Both the position numbers and the translations under genes were made by a program. Under the pieces are notes generated by a model. The model was given only the letters and a program-made list of their open reading frames with translations, made no database searches and had not been told where the DNA came from. Positions 1 through 9,720 of a stretch of DNA of 64,000 nt are shown piece after piece. Numbering within the stretch: the first letter of the stretch is position 1; every line of letters begins with the position of its first letter. This stretch comes from Antechinus flavipes (lineage: Eukaryota): positions 20,460,001-20,524,000 of the forward strand of contig NC_067402.1 of NCBI RefSeq assembly GCF_016432865.1, written 5' to 3'.

Positions 1-764
1 GCCACCCTTCCGAGCCTCGGCACCCGGCCGCGACGCAATTGGAGTCCCCAGACGTGCGGTGGCAGGGAAGGAAGGGAGCTGGCCGCTCGCTGGAGGCCCG
101 CTCTCGCATTATTTTGGAGGCTGCTTTCGGCTCCTAAGGGGAAAAGACGAGCCCCAGGTGAAACCTAATCAAGCAACTAGACAACCCTGACCCCCAAGCC
201 AAACCACCTCGTATTCTCGGGCTGGGGGGGGGCGCTACTCCGGGGAGTAGGATCTCACAACCCCTTTCCTCCCCACACCCCCCTACCTACCTCCCCCAGC
301 TACATTTTCTCGTTAAGGTATAAACTACAAGTCGACCTCCAGCTGGCCTCAGGTTTGAGTGGGGAGTCCCTCGCCCCCCCTTTCTTTGCTCTGACCCTTA
401 CCCCCAGCTTTGGTCAGCCTTGTCTAGGCACTTGTGTTCTAGAAAAGACACTAACCACGTTGTCAGCTGCTGACCCAAGGGAAAGGAGGCGAATCTGTGT
501 CAGTTATCGATTGCTCCGGGAAATCGATATTATTATTTAATGTAAACAGCATTAAGGTTAACTATAGGTGGGGGGGGGGGCGCTTGCAAAGCCCGGCCAT
601 CTCCCAGGTACCCGGAGGAAGGACTTGGCTCTCAAATCGCAAGACTAATCGAAGCAGTTTTCTGGGTGAGCTGGTTGCTCGGCCGTCTCTCCCCCTCCCG
701 CGCCCCCCCCTCCCCCCAACCCGCCGCCCAGCGCTTCCTCCTCCTCCTCTTGTTTTGGTTGCAA

Positions 765-1964
765 ATGGCTTCGCTTTCCCAGCCAGATTTGCAGCTCTGC
801 CCCCAGTGCAAGAAGTGCGGCTCGCGAGCTCGCATCTCCTCCGCCTCGGCCACGTCGCCGCCGTCCTCGCAGACCTCCAAGTCGGCCGGGGGCGGGGGCG
901 GGGCTGGGGGCGGGGGCGGCCCGGCCTCTGCGTCCTCCTCCTCCTCCTCCTCCTGCTCCTCCTCGTCCTCACGGAGGCTGCACGTCCTGCCCTGTCTCCA
1001 CGCCTTGTGCCGCCAGTGTCTGGAGGCGCAGAGACACCCGGCGGCGGCGGGCGGGCCGCCCGGGGAGCCCCTCCACTTGCGCTGCCCCATCTGCGACCAG
1101 AAAGTGGTGCTCTGCGACTCGCCGGGCATGGACGCGCTGCCCTCCTCCAACTTCCTCCTGAGCAACCTGCTGGACGTGGTGGCGGCGGCCGAGGAGCCGC
1201 CGCCGCCCAAGAACAACGGCCGCGNNNNNNNNNNNNNNNNNNNNNNNNNNNNNNNNNNNNNNNNNNNNNNNNNNNNNNNNNNNNNNNNNNNNNNNNNNNN
1301 NNNNNNNNNNNNNNNNNNNNNNNNNNNNNNNNNNNNNNNNNNNNNNNNNNNNNNNNNNNNNNNNNNNNNNNNNNNNNNNNNNNNNNNNNNNNNNNNNNNN
1401 NNTCCGCTGCAGCCGCCGCAGCCGCCGCCCTCCTCCTCCTCCTCTTCTTCTTCCTCCTCTTCTTCCTCCTCCTCGCAGCAGCAGCAGCCGCCTTCTTCCT
1501 CCTCCTCCCAGCAGCCGCAGCCGCCGGCCCAGCACCAGCACCGGGATCACCCGCACCGCGACCACCCGCACGCGCCCCGCGCCCCGTCCGCCCCGTCCTC
1601 CGCCCCTTCCTCGTCCTCGTCCTCGCTGATGCTCCGGCGGCCGCACAGCCAAAGCGAGGCGCGCTGCAGCTCGTGCGACGAGGGCAACCCGGCCAGCTCG
1701 CGCTGCCTCGACTGCCAGGAGCACCTGTGCGACAACTGCGTCCGCGCGNNNNNNNNNNNNNNNNNNNNNNNNNNNNNNNNNNNNNNNNNNNNNNNNNNNN
1801 NNNNNNNNNNNNNNNNNNNNNNNNNNNNNNNNNNNNNNNNNNNNNNNNNNNNNNNNNNNNNNNNNNNNNNNNNNNNNNNNNNNNNNNCCTTCCCCGGCTC
1901 GCCCTTCTCCATCCTCTCCGTGTTCCCCGAGCGGGTCAGTTACTGCCAGCAGCACGACGACGAG
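765..1964 (+). CDS. TRIM71: TRIM71 (LIN-41) E3 ubiquitin ligase / RNA-binding TRIM-NHL protein, coding exon 1 (partial CDS; contains two N gaps)
   Basis: ATG at 765 in strong Kozak context (gcaaATGG), in frame with the 666..2354 ORF. Translation [15 protein letters not shown]...[19 protein letters not shown]...[12 protein letters not shown]...[19 protein letters not shown] (split C3HC4 RING), [28 protein letters not shown] (B-box 1), [25 protein letters not shown] (start of B-box 2) matches the distinctive TRIM71 sequence. It ends at GAG|GTGAGC, where vertebrate TRIM71 exon 1 ends. The ORF-track start at 666 (TTG/GTG-type) and read-through to 2354 are not the real boundaries. Confidence 0.96.
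1225..1402. other. Assembly gap (178 N) inside TRIM71 exon 1
   Basis: Run of N. Confidence 1.
1749..1887. other. Assembly gap (139 N) inside TRIM71 exon 1
   Basis: Run of N; hides the end of B-box 1. Confidence 1.
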
Positions 1965-1970
1965 GTGAGC
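1962..1970 (+). other. TRIM71: 5' splice donor of TRIM71 intron 1 (phase 0)
   Basis: GAG|GTGAGC immediately after the HDDE codons; protein similarity to TRIM71 stops exactly here. Confidence 0.93.
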
Positions 1971-2138
1971 TGGCGGGCCGGGAGCCGGGGCGGGCCGGGA
2001 GGTCTGGGGCCGGCCCGGGGCGGGCCTGGAGCCGCGAGACGTTGCTCCGCGGGGGACGCGGTCGTGGATGCCCCCGGCGAACCCCCGGAGAGATCCGTGG
2101 CTGTACGGCTGCCGCAAGAGAAGGCCTCCCAACACAAT

Positions 2139-2385
2139 GCTCTCCGACAGACGGGGAAACTGAGGTCCACAGAGGGGTGGGGAGGAAGTCGGGGAGACCT
2201 CGAAGCTTTCTGGGGGCCTCCACCACAACAGCTTCAGAATCCCGGGGTCCCCCTGGTCGAACAGAGGTTCTTAGGAGCACTCCGTGTTAGAATTCCAAGG
2301 GCCTGTAGTTACTGGGATGACCTTGAGCTAGTCGACTCCCCTTTCGTACCTTAGTTTCCTCGCCTGTAAAACAGGGACATTGGAT
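2139..2385. mobile_element. Two opposed MIR core fragments just downstream of exon 1
   Basis: ctccgacagacggggaaactgaggtccacagagg (minus) and gatgaccttgagctagtcgact...cttagtttcctcgcctgtaaaacaggg (plus) resemble the MIR core. Confidence 0.65.
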
Positions 2386-3745
2386 TTCTTAGTTTCCTCC
2401 CTCGAATTTCTATGGTGTATTAGATAATGTGTGATAATTGGGAGTTTGTATGTGTGTTCGCGCGTCCATTCATCCGTGCCCCGGAAAAATGGGGCCGGAG
2501 AGGGAGCCGAGGCCTGGGGCCTTGCTGAGACCTTCCCTCCCTTACGGCGAAACCCACCACCGGGCTGCCCCATTGGCATTTTAATTTTGGGGGGACTGGG
2601 AATAGAAAGAGGTAAGAGGCCTGTGCCTTTTTACTTGGTCATATTGTAATTGCTTCTCCCCACAAAACTCCCTAACTCACAAAGTTTGAGCGAGCTCAGA
2701 GTTCTCCTGCCCTGCACAGTTGCCCTCAACACCCACCCACGCTGGCTCCCTCTTTCCCTCTCGGAGGCCTTACTTTTGCTAAGAAGGGTGTCGGACACAG
2801 TTTCCCCGTGCACACGTGGAGCTGTCCACGTTTGCCTCGAGTTGGGACTTCTCTTGGAAAATTGGGGTGTCCAGTTGGGTCCCCATCCGCTCTCCCCCTT
2901 CACCCCCTCCCACTGTCAGGCATTTTAGTCGTTGTTGTTGTTACTTGGGACCCGGGGCACTCTTCGGTGGTGGGGGAAGGTGAGGTGCCTGCAGCCCCGG
3001 AATTGAGGGGCTGACCATTTCTGCGGGGGAGGGAGTGAAGATGCTTTTGTTGCTGAGTCAGTTTTCTTATCTGTTTCTCCCCTCCCCACTCCCCAGCCCT
3101 TGAATTTCCTCGTGGAATAACCTGTGGCCTTTTCGCTCAATCCTAACTTGTGGGCGGCCGCTGAGCATTTTGAAATGCAGTTTGTTGAGTGGCGGGGAAA
3201 AAAAAGAAATTGCTAGTAGGTGAGAATTAAAACGTGCCTAAAAGTCTGGTGTGCTTGAGCTTAATTTAGTTAAAAGTTTACTTGTGGTGATCTACTTGGG
3301 TAAATTCAAGTGGATTTTATGATGAGTGGGGAATTGAATTGTGCTAGCCAGTCTCCTGTTGGTAAAGAAACAAAAACACAACCATCTTAGGCTGGGTTTG
3401 GGGGTATTCCTTTTTTACTACTTCTTTGTTGGGGTGGGAAACTTCGATTTTACCCCTCTGTTTAATTCTGTGACAAAGGCTTGAAATTCCAGTCCTTTCC
3501 TTTCCCCCTGAAGAATTAAACAAGTGAATATTCTTGCTCACTAAAAATGTAACAGTGAATACTGGTAGATCCCAGGGTCAAGTCCCCACAAGATTTTCCC
3601 CCAGTGGCTTTATTCACTGGAGAAAAACATGAAGATTTCATGAAATTCATCCTACCAGCCAGTCCTGAAAAAGGATTGCTGTTGGAACTTGAGAGAAATG
3701 ACAAGTTGGAAATATTATTTTTAGTCTTAAAGCTTGGAATTAAGG

Positions 3746-3766
3746 GTGTGTGTGTGTGTGTGTGTG
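3746..3766. repeat. (GT)n microsatellite
   Basis: gtgtgtgtgtgtgtgtgtgtg. Confidence 0.9.
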
Positions 3767-6179
3767 TTTATAAAAAAGTGTCTTCATCTTGTGCCTATGG
3801 AGAGCTTCCTCTTGGGAGCTGGCATTTGTTGACCCTTAACCTGGACAGCTAGTTACTTGGGTAGTGGGTGATTTTTCCCCTGGGGGATGGGTTATTTTTT
3901 TGTTGTTGTTGTATTGGACTGAGTGCAGGATACAGTTGATTTACTTTTCCATTTAAGGATAGCAAATGAACAGTGGGCTGAAGAATTGCTAATCCATCCA
4001 CATTTAAAATAGTTTGTGAAATAATTGGTTCTCTAAACGCTAAATACTCAATGACTACTAACGGCAGCATTTTATATGAGTTGGCTTTTGCTTTTTGGCT
4101 CTCTCTGCCCCACCATTTTTTTTTTTTTTTAAAGAAATCTTCCTCTTTCTAATGAGTATTGAAAGAAAATTGCTCCAGGAATTTAATTTTATTATGGAGT
4201 TACTTAAAAAAGATTTTTAGGGTTAGGAGACTAAAAAAATACATGAAAGATTAATTTATTTTTGTTTATAGGTATATACATATACCTATGTATGTATATA
4301 TGTACATATATATGTGAGTGTATCTATATATGTATGTATATGTACACACACGTGTATGAAGAGAGGTGTTTTATTGCAGGACTCTTGTGGAGGGAGAAAT
4401 TTGTCAATTTCTTCCTCCAAAAATAGTGATCAATTTCTAATATGTTTCTGATCAGTTTCTAATATGTTTCTAATCAGTTTCTAATAATACCTTCTTGTTT
4501 AGAAAGATGGTCTTTTGCTACAGTCCTGCTCTGAGATCTCAAAATAATCCATTAGCTACTTCAGGGCTCTGTTTATTTTATGGTGACTGACAGACATAAT
4601 TCAAGGGTGTGTATCTGATTTTGCTGGGCTTATTAAGACTTTCTCAAATGCTTTGCCACCAAAAGAAGAAGCAAACTTTTATCAGTTGAGTAGAAATTTG
4701 TCCCCGGGGATGTTTCCAAATCTTTTCCCCTTCAGAAAGAATCATTTTCCCCATGGGTCACTCCTGGATAATTTCTGATCTTTCTGGAAGAATTTACAAG
4801 TTGAATGAAGTCTTGCTGAATTTTGAGGGAGAAAAAATCGATTCTTTAAAAAAAAAAAAAAAAAACCTCCTAAATAATTTTGTCTTAAAATAGGAGGCAT
4901 TCTGTTATCATATGTGAATTTAAAAAATTGGCCCGTGTTAAAAGCCAGCCCCACCTCTGGCACTGTCCTAGGCACCTTGAATCAGAAGGGCTTCCTTGGT
5001 AAGAGACTAGTTTGCTTAAGCTGGGTTTCCTCTAGCAGGTCCCTTGTTCAAACCTTTTTTGTTTTGTTTTTGATGGGAAAGGAGAAGTGCAATCAAATGC
5101 GCGTTGTTGGGAGAATGTGGGAGCACCTGAAACAAATACATTGAATTTCCTGGGTCAGTGGGGAGACCAGACAGGATGTTGCACAAGGGCGAAGGAGCGA
5201 AGCTGCAACAAAGTGTTTTTTCCCTGGGTTGGGTGAGGGCCGGGGCCGGGCCCGGGGTCTGGGCCTGCCACACACCCTCTCCAGCCATTTGGTTGACTTG
5301 GTCTCCATCGGGGTTAGTGTCACCAGGGCCGTGGGGCTGCCCCTGAGAAATGCTCCCTTTTTTGTGTCATTGCAACATAAAATTTTAGGAACTCGGGTAC
5401 CAACTTTGATCCCCCTCCTGCTGCCCTTTTTATGGCGCCTAACTGTTGCTGCTCTAGTGGCTGGGGGCCCCGGGCCCTGGCAAATAAAAAGCCTTTTACA
5501 GCTGGGGAAGAAATGAGGAAGGTTAATTAATGATCAGCGAGGTGATCAGCATTTCCTGGGGCGGTGGGGGTGGGGCCGGGGGGGGGGGGCTGAGGCTTTC
5601 CTGCCCGCTTTCCCAGCTCTCCCCACCCCGCCCCCCGCCCCCAATCTGGAATGCATCCTGGGTCCGGGTGATCCGTTTGCAGGCCGCAGACCCGGCCAGG
5701 GGAGGGGAAGACATTGTAGCCAGCTCTGCTGTGCAGAGCCGGAGCTCTGCCCCCACCGGGGGAGGCCATTGTTTTTAAGAATTGCTATCTTGCTCTGGAG
5801 AAACTTTGTAACCAGGCTTGGCACCGGGTTGGGGAGGGAGGGTGACCTTTCTCTTCCACGGAACTGCAAAGGATTACAATCTTGCTCCCCCTTAGGCACA
5901 CGGGGCCTGGGGAAAGGCTTCTGCAAAAGGCCTTGGGGGAAAGTGGGCAAGGATTGGGCTTGCCCTGGAAGAATAAATATCTTTCCAGAAATGCAAACTC
6001 CCAAGTAGATCCCTCCCAGGAAACTCTGCAGGGCCGGCTTCCAAGATGGTCACCACTCTGCCCTTTGGTTTCCAGGCAGAATCCTCGCCCTGCCTTCCCC
6101 TTTCCCTTAGGAAAGGGCTTAGTAGAAATGAGCTTCTACCTTAGGAAATCTGGGACTTGGATCAGAAGTGGATAGCCCA

Positions 6180-6262
6180 ATCTCATACCCCCATTTTACA
6201 GAAAAGGAGTTTTATGACTTTAGGTCAGGATTTGAACCCAGTCCCTGGCACTGCAAAGCTTG
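6180..6262 (-). mobile_element. MIR-family SINE fragment
   Basis: ccccattttacagaaaagga...ggtcaggatttgaacccagtccctggcactgcaaagc. Confidence 0.7.
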
Positions 6263-6581
6263 CAGACTTTATTATTAACGACCATTAACACATGTCACCC
6301 AGGACCATAGATTTTAAAGCTGAAAAGACCTGAGAGGGAGACTTGCTGGGGCCATTCCCATCACCCTCCAGATTGAATTTGAGAGATGTTTATGGATCAC
6401 CTCCTGGGCCATGGAATGAGGGAAATGAGACCCTGAGAAGTGGAGTTGACTGAGGTCACACAAGCCAGGACCCCAAACCAGCTCCTCCTCCCAAGGGCAT
6501 GGTCGGCTACTGGGACTCTTTCTAGGACCCCCATTTGGAGAGCTAAGGGAATTGAGAGGCCATGTATCCAGCCGTGGCTTT

Positions 6582-6715
6582 TTAAACTAGGGTCCTGAAC
6601 CGGTGATAGGTTTTTGCTGATATTTTGAAGACTCTTTCCATGTAATTGGTTTTCTTTGTAATCCTCTGTATTTTCTTTGACACATTCAAGGCCATGATTC
6701 TGAAGGGGCTCTTTT
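6582..6715. mobile_element. Probable non-autonomous hAT/Charlie-type DNA transposon remnant
   Basis: aactagggtcctgaacc...atgtaattggttttctttgtaatcctctgtattttctttgacacattcaaggccatgattctgaaggggctc resembles a common mammalian MER-class element recalled from memory. A similar start (caggggttcttaagctggggctcc) occurs at ~57723. Confidence 0.45.
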
Positions 6716-7117
6716 TATTCCTCTGAAGTTCAGGCCTGGAGAATGGAGACAGGAAAGGCCATAACTGGGGCCTGGCTAAAGGCTAATGGCTACTGCTCGG
6801 CCAGAGTCAAGTGTGGGGGGCTCCTGAGGATGCTTTGGGGGCTGTCTTAGTAGCAGGCTGGAGAAGCCATCGGACATCTGTAGCTGAAAGGGAGGGGGTC
6901 TGCCTCAGTGCACCCCCCATTCCTGAGCAGTTGTGACTCCTTGGAACTGACTCTGGGGCCCTTTTCCGGCTAGTTACCTTTACACCCAGTGGGCAGCTCT
7001 ACTGGAAAGGTGGGAATGTATGTGTGTTCACATCCAAAGAAGCTCCTTCTGGTTGCTTAGTAAACCAGGCCTCTTGTTCCAAGGGAATGATTAAAGAAGT
7101 TGGCAGTTTTTGAATTC

Positions 7118-7310
7118 ATCTCTCTCTCTCTCTCTCTCTCTTCCTCCCTCCCCTCTCTCTCTTTACATATGTGTTTGTAAATGTGTATATATGTATCTTT
7201 TTGTCTCCCCTCTTTTTCTCTCTTCTTTCTTCTCTGCTTCTCACTCTCCCTCCCTCTCTCTCTCTCCTCTCCTGTCCCTCCCCCTTCTTTATTTCTTCCC
7301 CCTCCCCCCA
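7118..7310. repeat. (CT)n / polypyrimidine low-complexity tract
   Basis: ctctctctct runs and pyrimidine-rich flanks. Confidence 0.85.
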
Positions 7311-8610
7311 GAGAGTTAATAGGTATCATTTACAGGGTTCAAAACTAAACAACCTTGGCTGGATATTGGGGAAGGAGGAAAGTTCATCGGAGGGGGCTGG
7401 CCCAGTCTGGCGGCCGGGTGGCGAGGTCGAGCTGAAACAGTTACTTCTCAGTTGAGCCGGGCCCCCACTCAAGGCGACTTTGTTGGGTGAACTCTTTGGG
7501 CCCTAATAAGATGACAGAGGCCGCCCTCACACAGCCCAGGGCGCTGTGGAGCATGGCGGGTGTTTCCCATGGGTAGGAGATACAACCCGGGTAAGCCAGA
7601 TGGGGTGGGGGCAGGGATCAGCTTTAAATGTCCAGCCTTTTGTAGCTACCTAAATTTTTCGATTCAGAGGAGAGGTAAAACGTTAAAAGAGTCTCTGACT
7701 CCCAGCCTCTGATGTCAACCTGGGATGGGGGTCAGCCTAACTTAGGGACCGGATTATTGGAGCTGGGAGATGGGAACCACAGACGCCACTGCCATCTTTT
7801 GAAGATTGGGGACCCCTCCTCAGATGTTTTAAATGCATCTAAACAAATACAGAAGGTACGAAAGAAACTAATTATATCAAAATAATGATTCAGATATTCC
7901 CAAAACAAGTTCCTAAACCCTTGAAGCTCCCATCAACACTATCCCCAATACAGTCTCAAAATAGTCACTTTGAAAATGACATTTTCATCATGAGAGAGGC
8001 TTGAATTTCAGTGGCTCAGTCTTGTAGTGGTTTTAGGTACTGAGATATTTTTATGGAAGCTGTCAAAAGCAAAACAAAAAGAGTGTACTTTGTTGACTTT
8101 TTTTTTTTAAGGGTATGTTTGATTTTTAAAAATTTATTTTATTATGTTTCTAGGTAATAATCCCTCTTCTATAACAAAGACTAACCAACTGGGTTGGTTC
8201 TTCTTTCTTTATTTCTTCCTACCTGCTCAAGGCCAAGCTTAGTCAAACCATTTCCATAAAGTTTGATTTCATTTTCCTGGAGTCACCCTGTAAACTGTGG
8301 TGCTAGTTCCACCTAAGTGCCTTCTTTTGACATTACTTCATAGGAGTTTCTCTGAACGCTTTCCTACAGTGAAGTAATAATGTCAATGTTCTTGGAGCAG
8401 TTTTTTTCAGCCATTCTCCAATCGATGGCTCCCCACGTTATTTCTGCTTCTCGGTGTGTACTTTATCATTTCTACGTTGCCACATTAGATATACAAGCTA
8501 CCTTGTGCTTTGTCAGCTCATTTTTGAAGACATAGTGTTTTTGCATTGCATTAATTTCTGACGATGCTGCCTCCTGCCTCTACCCTTTTCTCATAAAAAG
8601 ATTTTTTTTA

Positions 8611-8878
8611 ATGGTTCAGCAAAGTTAACAAATATAGCAACTGACGTATATGTGCAATGAATGGTTAAGCAAAACTAACAAACATAGAAACTGACTTTCT
8701 CTAAGTATATATGAAATGAATGGTTCAGCAAAACTAACGTGGAAACTGACGTTCTCTAAGTATATACGTGCAATTAATGTTCAGCAAAATTAACAAACAG
8801 AAACTGACATTCTCTAAGTGTGTATATATATGTGCAATTAATGTTCAGCAAAATTAACAGAAACTGACATTCTCTAAG

Positions 8879-8910
<32 letters not shown>

Positions 8911-9720
8911 ATTAATAGTTCAGCAAAATTAACAGAGATTGTTATTCTCTAAGTATATATGTGCAATTAATGTTTAGCAAAACTAACATAGAAACTGACG
9001 TTCTCTAAGTATATGCATGCAATTAATGTTCAGCAAAACTAATGTAGAAACTGACGTTCTCTAAGTATATAGTGCAATTAATGTTCAGTAAAATTAACAA
9101 ACAGAAACTGACATTTTCTAAGTATATATATGTATACATACATATATATATGCAATTAATAATTCAGCAAAATTAACACAGAAACTATTATTCTCTAAGT
9201 GTATATGTGCAATTAATGTTCAGCAAAACTAATGTAGAAACTGACGTTCTCTAAGTATATACGTGCAATTAATGTTCAGCAAAATTAACAGAAACTGACA
9301 TTCTAAGTATACATATATATGCAATTAATTGTTCAGCAAAATTAACACAGAAACTGTTATTCTCTAAGTATATATGTGCAATTAATGTTCAGCAAAATTA
9401 ACAAACAGAAACTGACATTCTCTAAAAATATATATATGCAATTAATAGTTCAGCAAAACTAGCAGAAACTGACATTCTCTAAGTATATATATGCAATTAA
9501 TAGTTCAGCAAAATTAACACAAAAACTGTTATTCTCTAAGTATACATGTGCAATTAATGTTCAGCAAAATTAACAGAAACTGACATTCTCTAAAAAAATA
9601 TATATATGCAATTAATAGTTCAGCAAAACTAGCAGAAACTGACATTCTCTAAGTATATATATATGCAATTAATGGTTTAGCAGAATGAACATAGGAACGG
9701 ATATTCTCTAAGTATATATA
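8611..9720. repeat. AT-rich minisatellite, ~19 units of ~55-60 bp with variable (TA)n
   Basis: Unit consensus approximately atatgcaattaatgttcagcaaaattaacagaaactgacattctctaagtat; counted 19 ttcagcaaaa-like cores. Confidence 0.95.

Larger units (their letters stand above)
1..2300. promoter_or_regulatory. TRIM71: CpG island spanning the TRIM71 promoter, 5' UTR and exon 1
   Basis: Very high GC and dense CpG from position 1 through exon 1 into the start of the intron. FOX-type TGTAAACA at 541-548. TSS not determinable from sequence. Confidence 0.8.

Noticed and set aside
540-545. ATG-TAA start-stop element in frame with TRIM71
   Set aside because: May lie upstream of the TSS and overlaps the TGTAAACA motif; no evidence that it is transcribed.
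497-2290. 597-aa + strand ORF and the 419-, 194- and 136-aa antisense ORFs overlapping exon 1
   Set aside because: Shadow frames of a GC-rich, low-complexity exon, artificially extended through N runs; no recognisable domains, whereas the 765-frame is clearly TRIM71.
2318-2326. Perfect TGACCTTGA (ESRRB/NR5A2-type) motif; also E-box CACGTG at 2813-2818
   Set aside because: The first lies in a MIR core that naturally carries TGACCTTG; single 6-9-mers are expected by chance in 64 kb.
1965-2354. In-frame read-through of the TRIM71 ORF past the donor (130 extra codons)
   Set aside because: Similarity to TRIM71 ends at a canonical donor; the extension is GC-rich intron and MIR sequence with few stops. 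Intron retention cannot be supported from sequence.
8611-9720. CRISPR-like appearance (constant repeat plus variable segment)
   Set aside because: Variable parts are only (TA)n slippage, not unique spacers; mammalian context; no cas genes.
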